The notes under the pieces were generated by a model. The model worked only from the letters and a program-made list of their open reading frames with translations. It was not told the origin of the DNA and searched no databases. The position numbers and the translations under genes were made by a program. This document shows, in pieces, positions 62,679-64,000 of a DNA stretch of 64,000 bases (position 1 is the stretch's first letter; each line of letters starts with the position of its first letter). The DNA is from Takakia lepidozioides (Eukaryota; Plantae; Bryophyta): the NCBI GenBank assembly GCA_030704615.1, contig CM060733.1, forward strand, positions 11,098,001 through 11,162,000. The letters run 5' to 3'.

Positions 62679-63752
62679 TTGAACTGATGTTGGCGAGACT
62701 GAAGAGTGTCCAGTCTCGCCTCCTATATATACTGGCTACTAAGAAGCTTCCCTAAGAAGTTTTCCCTATGGAGGTTTCTTGCTGGAGAAGTTTAATCCAA
62801 GATTAAACAAATGTTTCTTGATGGAGAAGCTTCCTTAAGCAAAGGAGATATCTTGATGGAGAAGTTTCCTCCAAATGAAGCTTCCAGAGCAATTTCCCAA
62901 GTTACTCTTAGTAATTTGATAAACATCCGGTAATTTGGTAAATAGTGGTAAATCATGGTAAATCATGCTAATTTTCGGTAACAGGATAACTTGGTAACTT
63001 CTGGTATTTATTCCTGGTAAGTTCCTCTTGGCTATGTCCGTGACATCACCCTCTCCTCTAGCGCCGAGTTCCTCGAGGAGCGGTAAAATCTTGGACTTAC
63101 TTAGAGTTGGAGAAAATCCAAAATCCGACGAATGATACTTGCCAAGTATTCGGCTCTTCGTTCTTGACTCAAATGATTTATAGGTCTCTGCAACCATCGA
63201 TAGTGTCCAACACCCTAGGGCCCACCCCTGAAAAAGGGCAGTAGCCGCAAGGCGAAGTGACTCTTAGTTACGCCGGCCTCGGCCGGAGTCTTCTCTCTCT
63301 CTCTCTCTGTCCAACACCTTGAACTTGGGACCACGCAGTGATTTGAGCATTCTGATTCTCGAAGCTGCCTTTAAACATGATTTCGTTGTCATCTGCGTCC
63401 GAAACCTCAACCTCCAACAGAATTATCAGACTTCGAGTAGGCTCCACTTGCCGTCGTACGGGGTCCAGACGAGGAAGTACGCGTCGCATTGGTGGCCCAT
63501 CATCTTGAGAGCGTCGACGTGATGTTGAAGGTCGTGAGAGTCGGAACGGCTGATATGATAGCTGGGTAAGCGACAACTCCAATGAATCTGGTTCATGTGA
63601 CTCCATACTGTCAATACAAGATGCAAGAGTGCTAGAAGTGTAGCTATATATACTGATGTGTGGTGCTCCTCCCTCATTAGCGTGTATCAGGTACATTGAA
63701 TGTTGAGTCTTCACCTTGAAGCTAACTTAGCTGACATCATCATTGTGACGTC

Positions 63753-63998
63753 TTATTGACTTGTAACTCGGGGCTTAGCTGGATATCGTTGATGAAACTC
63801 TTGGACTTTGTCAGATGCATTGGCGAGGTTGGATGAAGGTTCCCAAGTTCGTTCGCTGATGTCGTAGCCTTTCCAATGTATGAAATACTCAAGACGTTTA
63901 TACTTGATGCAAGAGTCTAAGACTTCGTCGACTTCATACTCAATTTCCTGATTGACTTCGATTAGTGGAGGTGGTACGAAGACTCTCCCTGGAATATT
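63753..63998 (-). CDS. Integrase C-terminus with class I chromodomain (partial, open at the window edge)
   Basis: Manual translation, absent from the ORF track: NIPGRVFVPPPLIEVNQEIEYEVDEVLDSCIKYKRLEYFIHWKGYDISERTWEPSSNLANASDKVQEFHQRYPAKPRVTSQ*. Confidence 0.88.
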   Translation of the reverse strand, partial: NIPGRVFVPPPLIEVNQEIEYEVDEVLDSCIKYKRLEYFIHWKGYDISERTWEPSSNLANASDKVQEFHQRYPAKPRVTSQ

Positions 63999-64000
63999 CG

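Larger units (their letters stand above)
55503..64000 (-). mobile_element. Third chromodomain Ty3/Gypsy (Tcn1-like): interrupted 3' LTR (55503-55755 plus 62684-63045), PPT and 3' end of pol; continues beyond the window
   Basis: LTR termini TGTCAAGGAC / GTCCGTGACA (9/10 inverted); PPT AGAGGAGAGGGTGA on the minus strand at 63046-63059; chromodomain reading frame at the window end. Confidence 0.82.

Overview
Eukaryotic plant nuclear DNA, probably a bryophyte- or lycophyte-grade land plant (inferred from the gene content; not established). It holds three intron-containing host genes: a 5'-truncated RBOH NADPH oxidase (1-4640, +), a G-type lectin S-domain non-RD receptor kinase (35547-40483, -) and a canonical long PIN auxin efflux carrier (42895-46649, -). 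A tRNA-Leu(CAG) gene lies upstream of PIN. The rest is mostly nested transposons. A hAT DNA transposon (8706-29809; 17-bp TIRs, 8-bp TSD GATTTTAC) contains a near-intact chromovirus-type Ty3/Gypsy (8846-15112, -) and an unusual ~11-kb Ty3/Gypsy (15112-26072, +). The pol of that second element carries a complete C5-cytosine DNA methyltransferase domain in frame between protease and RT and a PHD finger after the integrase, and the element appears to have a self-priming (non-tRNA) primer site. This DNMT+PHD retrotransposon is the main finding. A second copy of the chromovirus (55756-62678, TSD TTGAA) sits inside the 3' LTR of a third chromodomain Gypsy that runs off the window. Smaller features are a piggyBac-like MITE, an intronic foldback and a tandem array of tRNA 3' halves. 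All calls were made by eye from motifs and repeats; no database searches were run.
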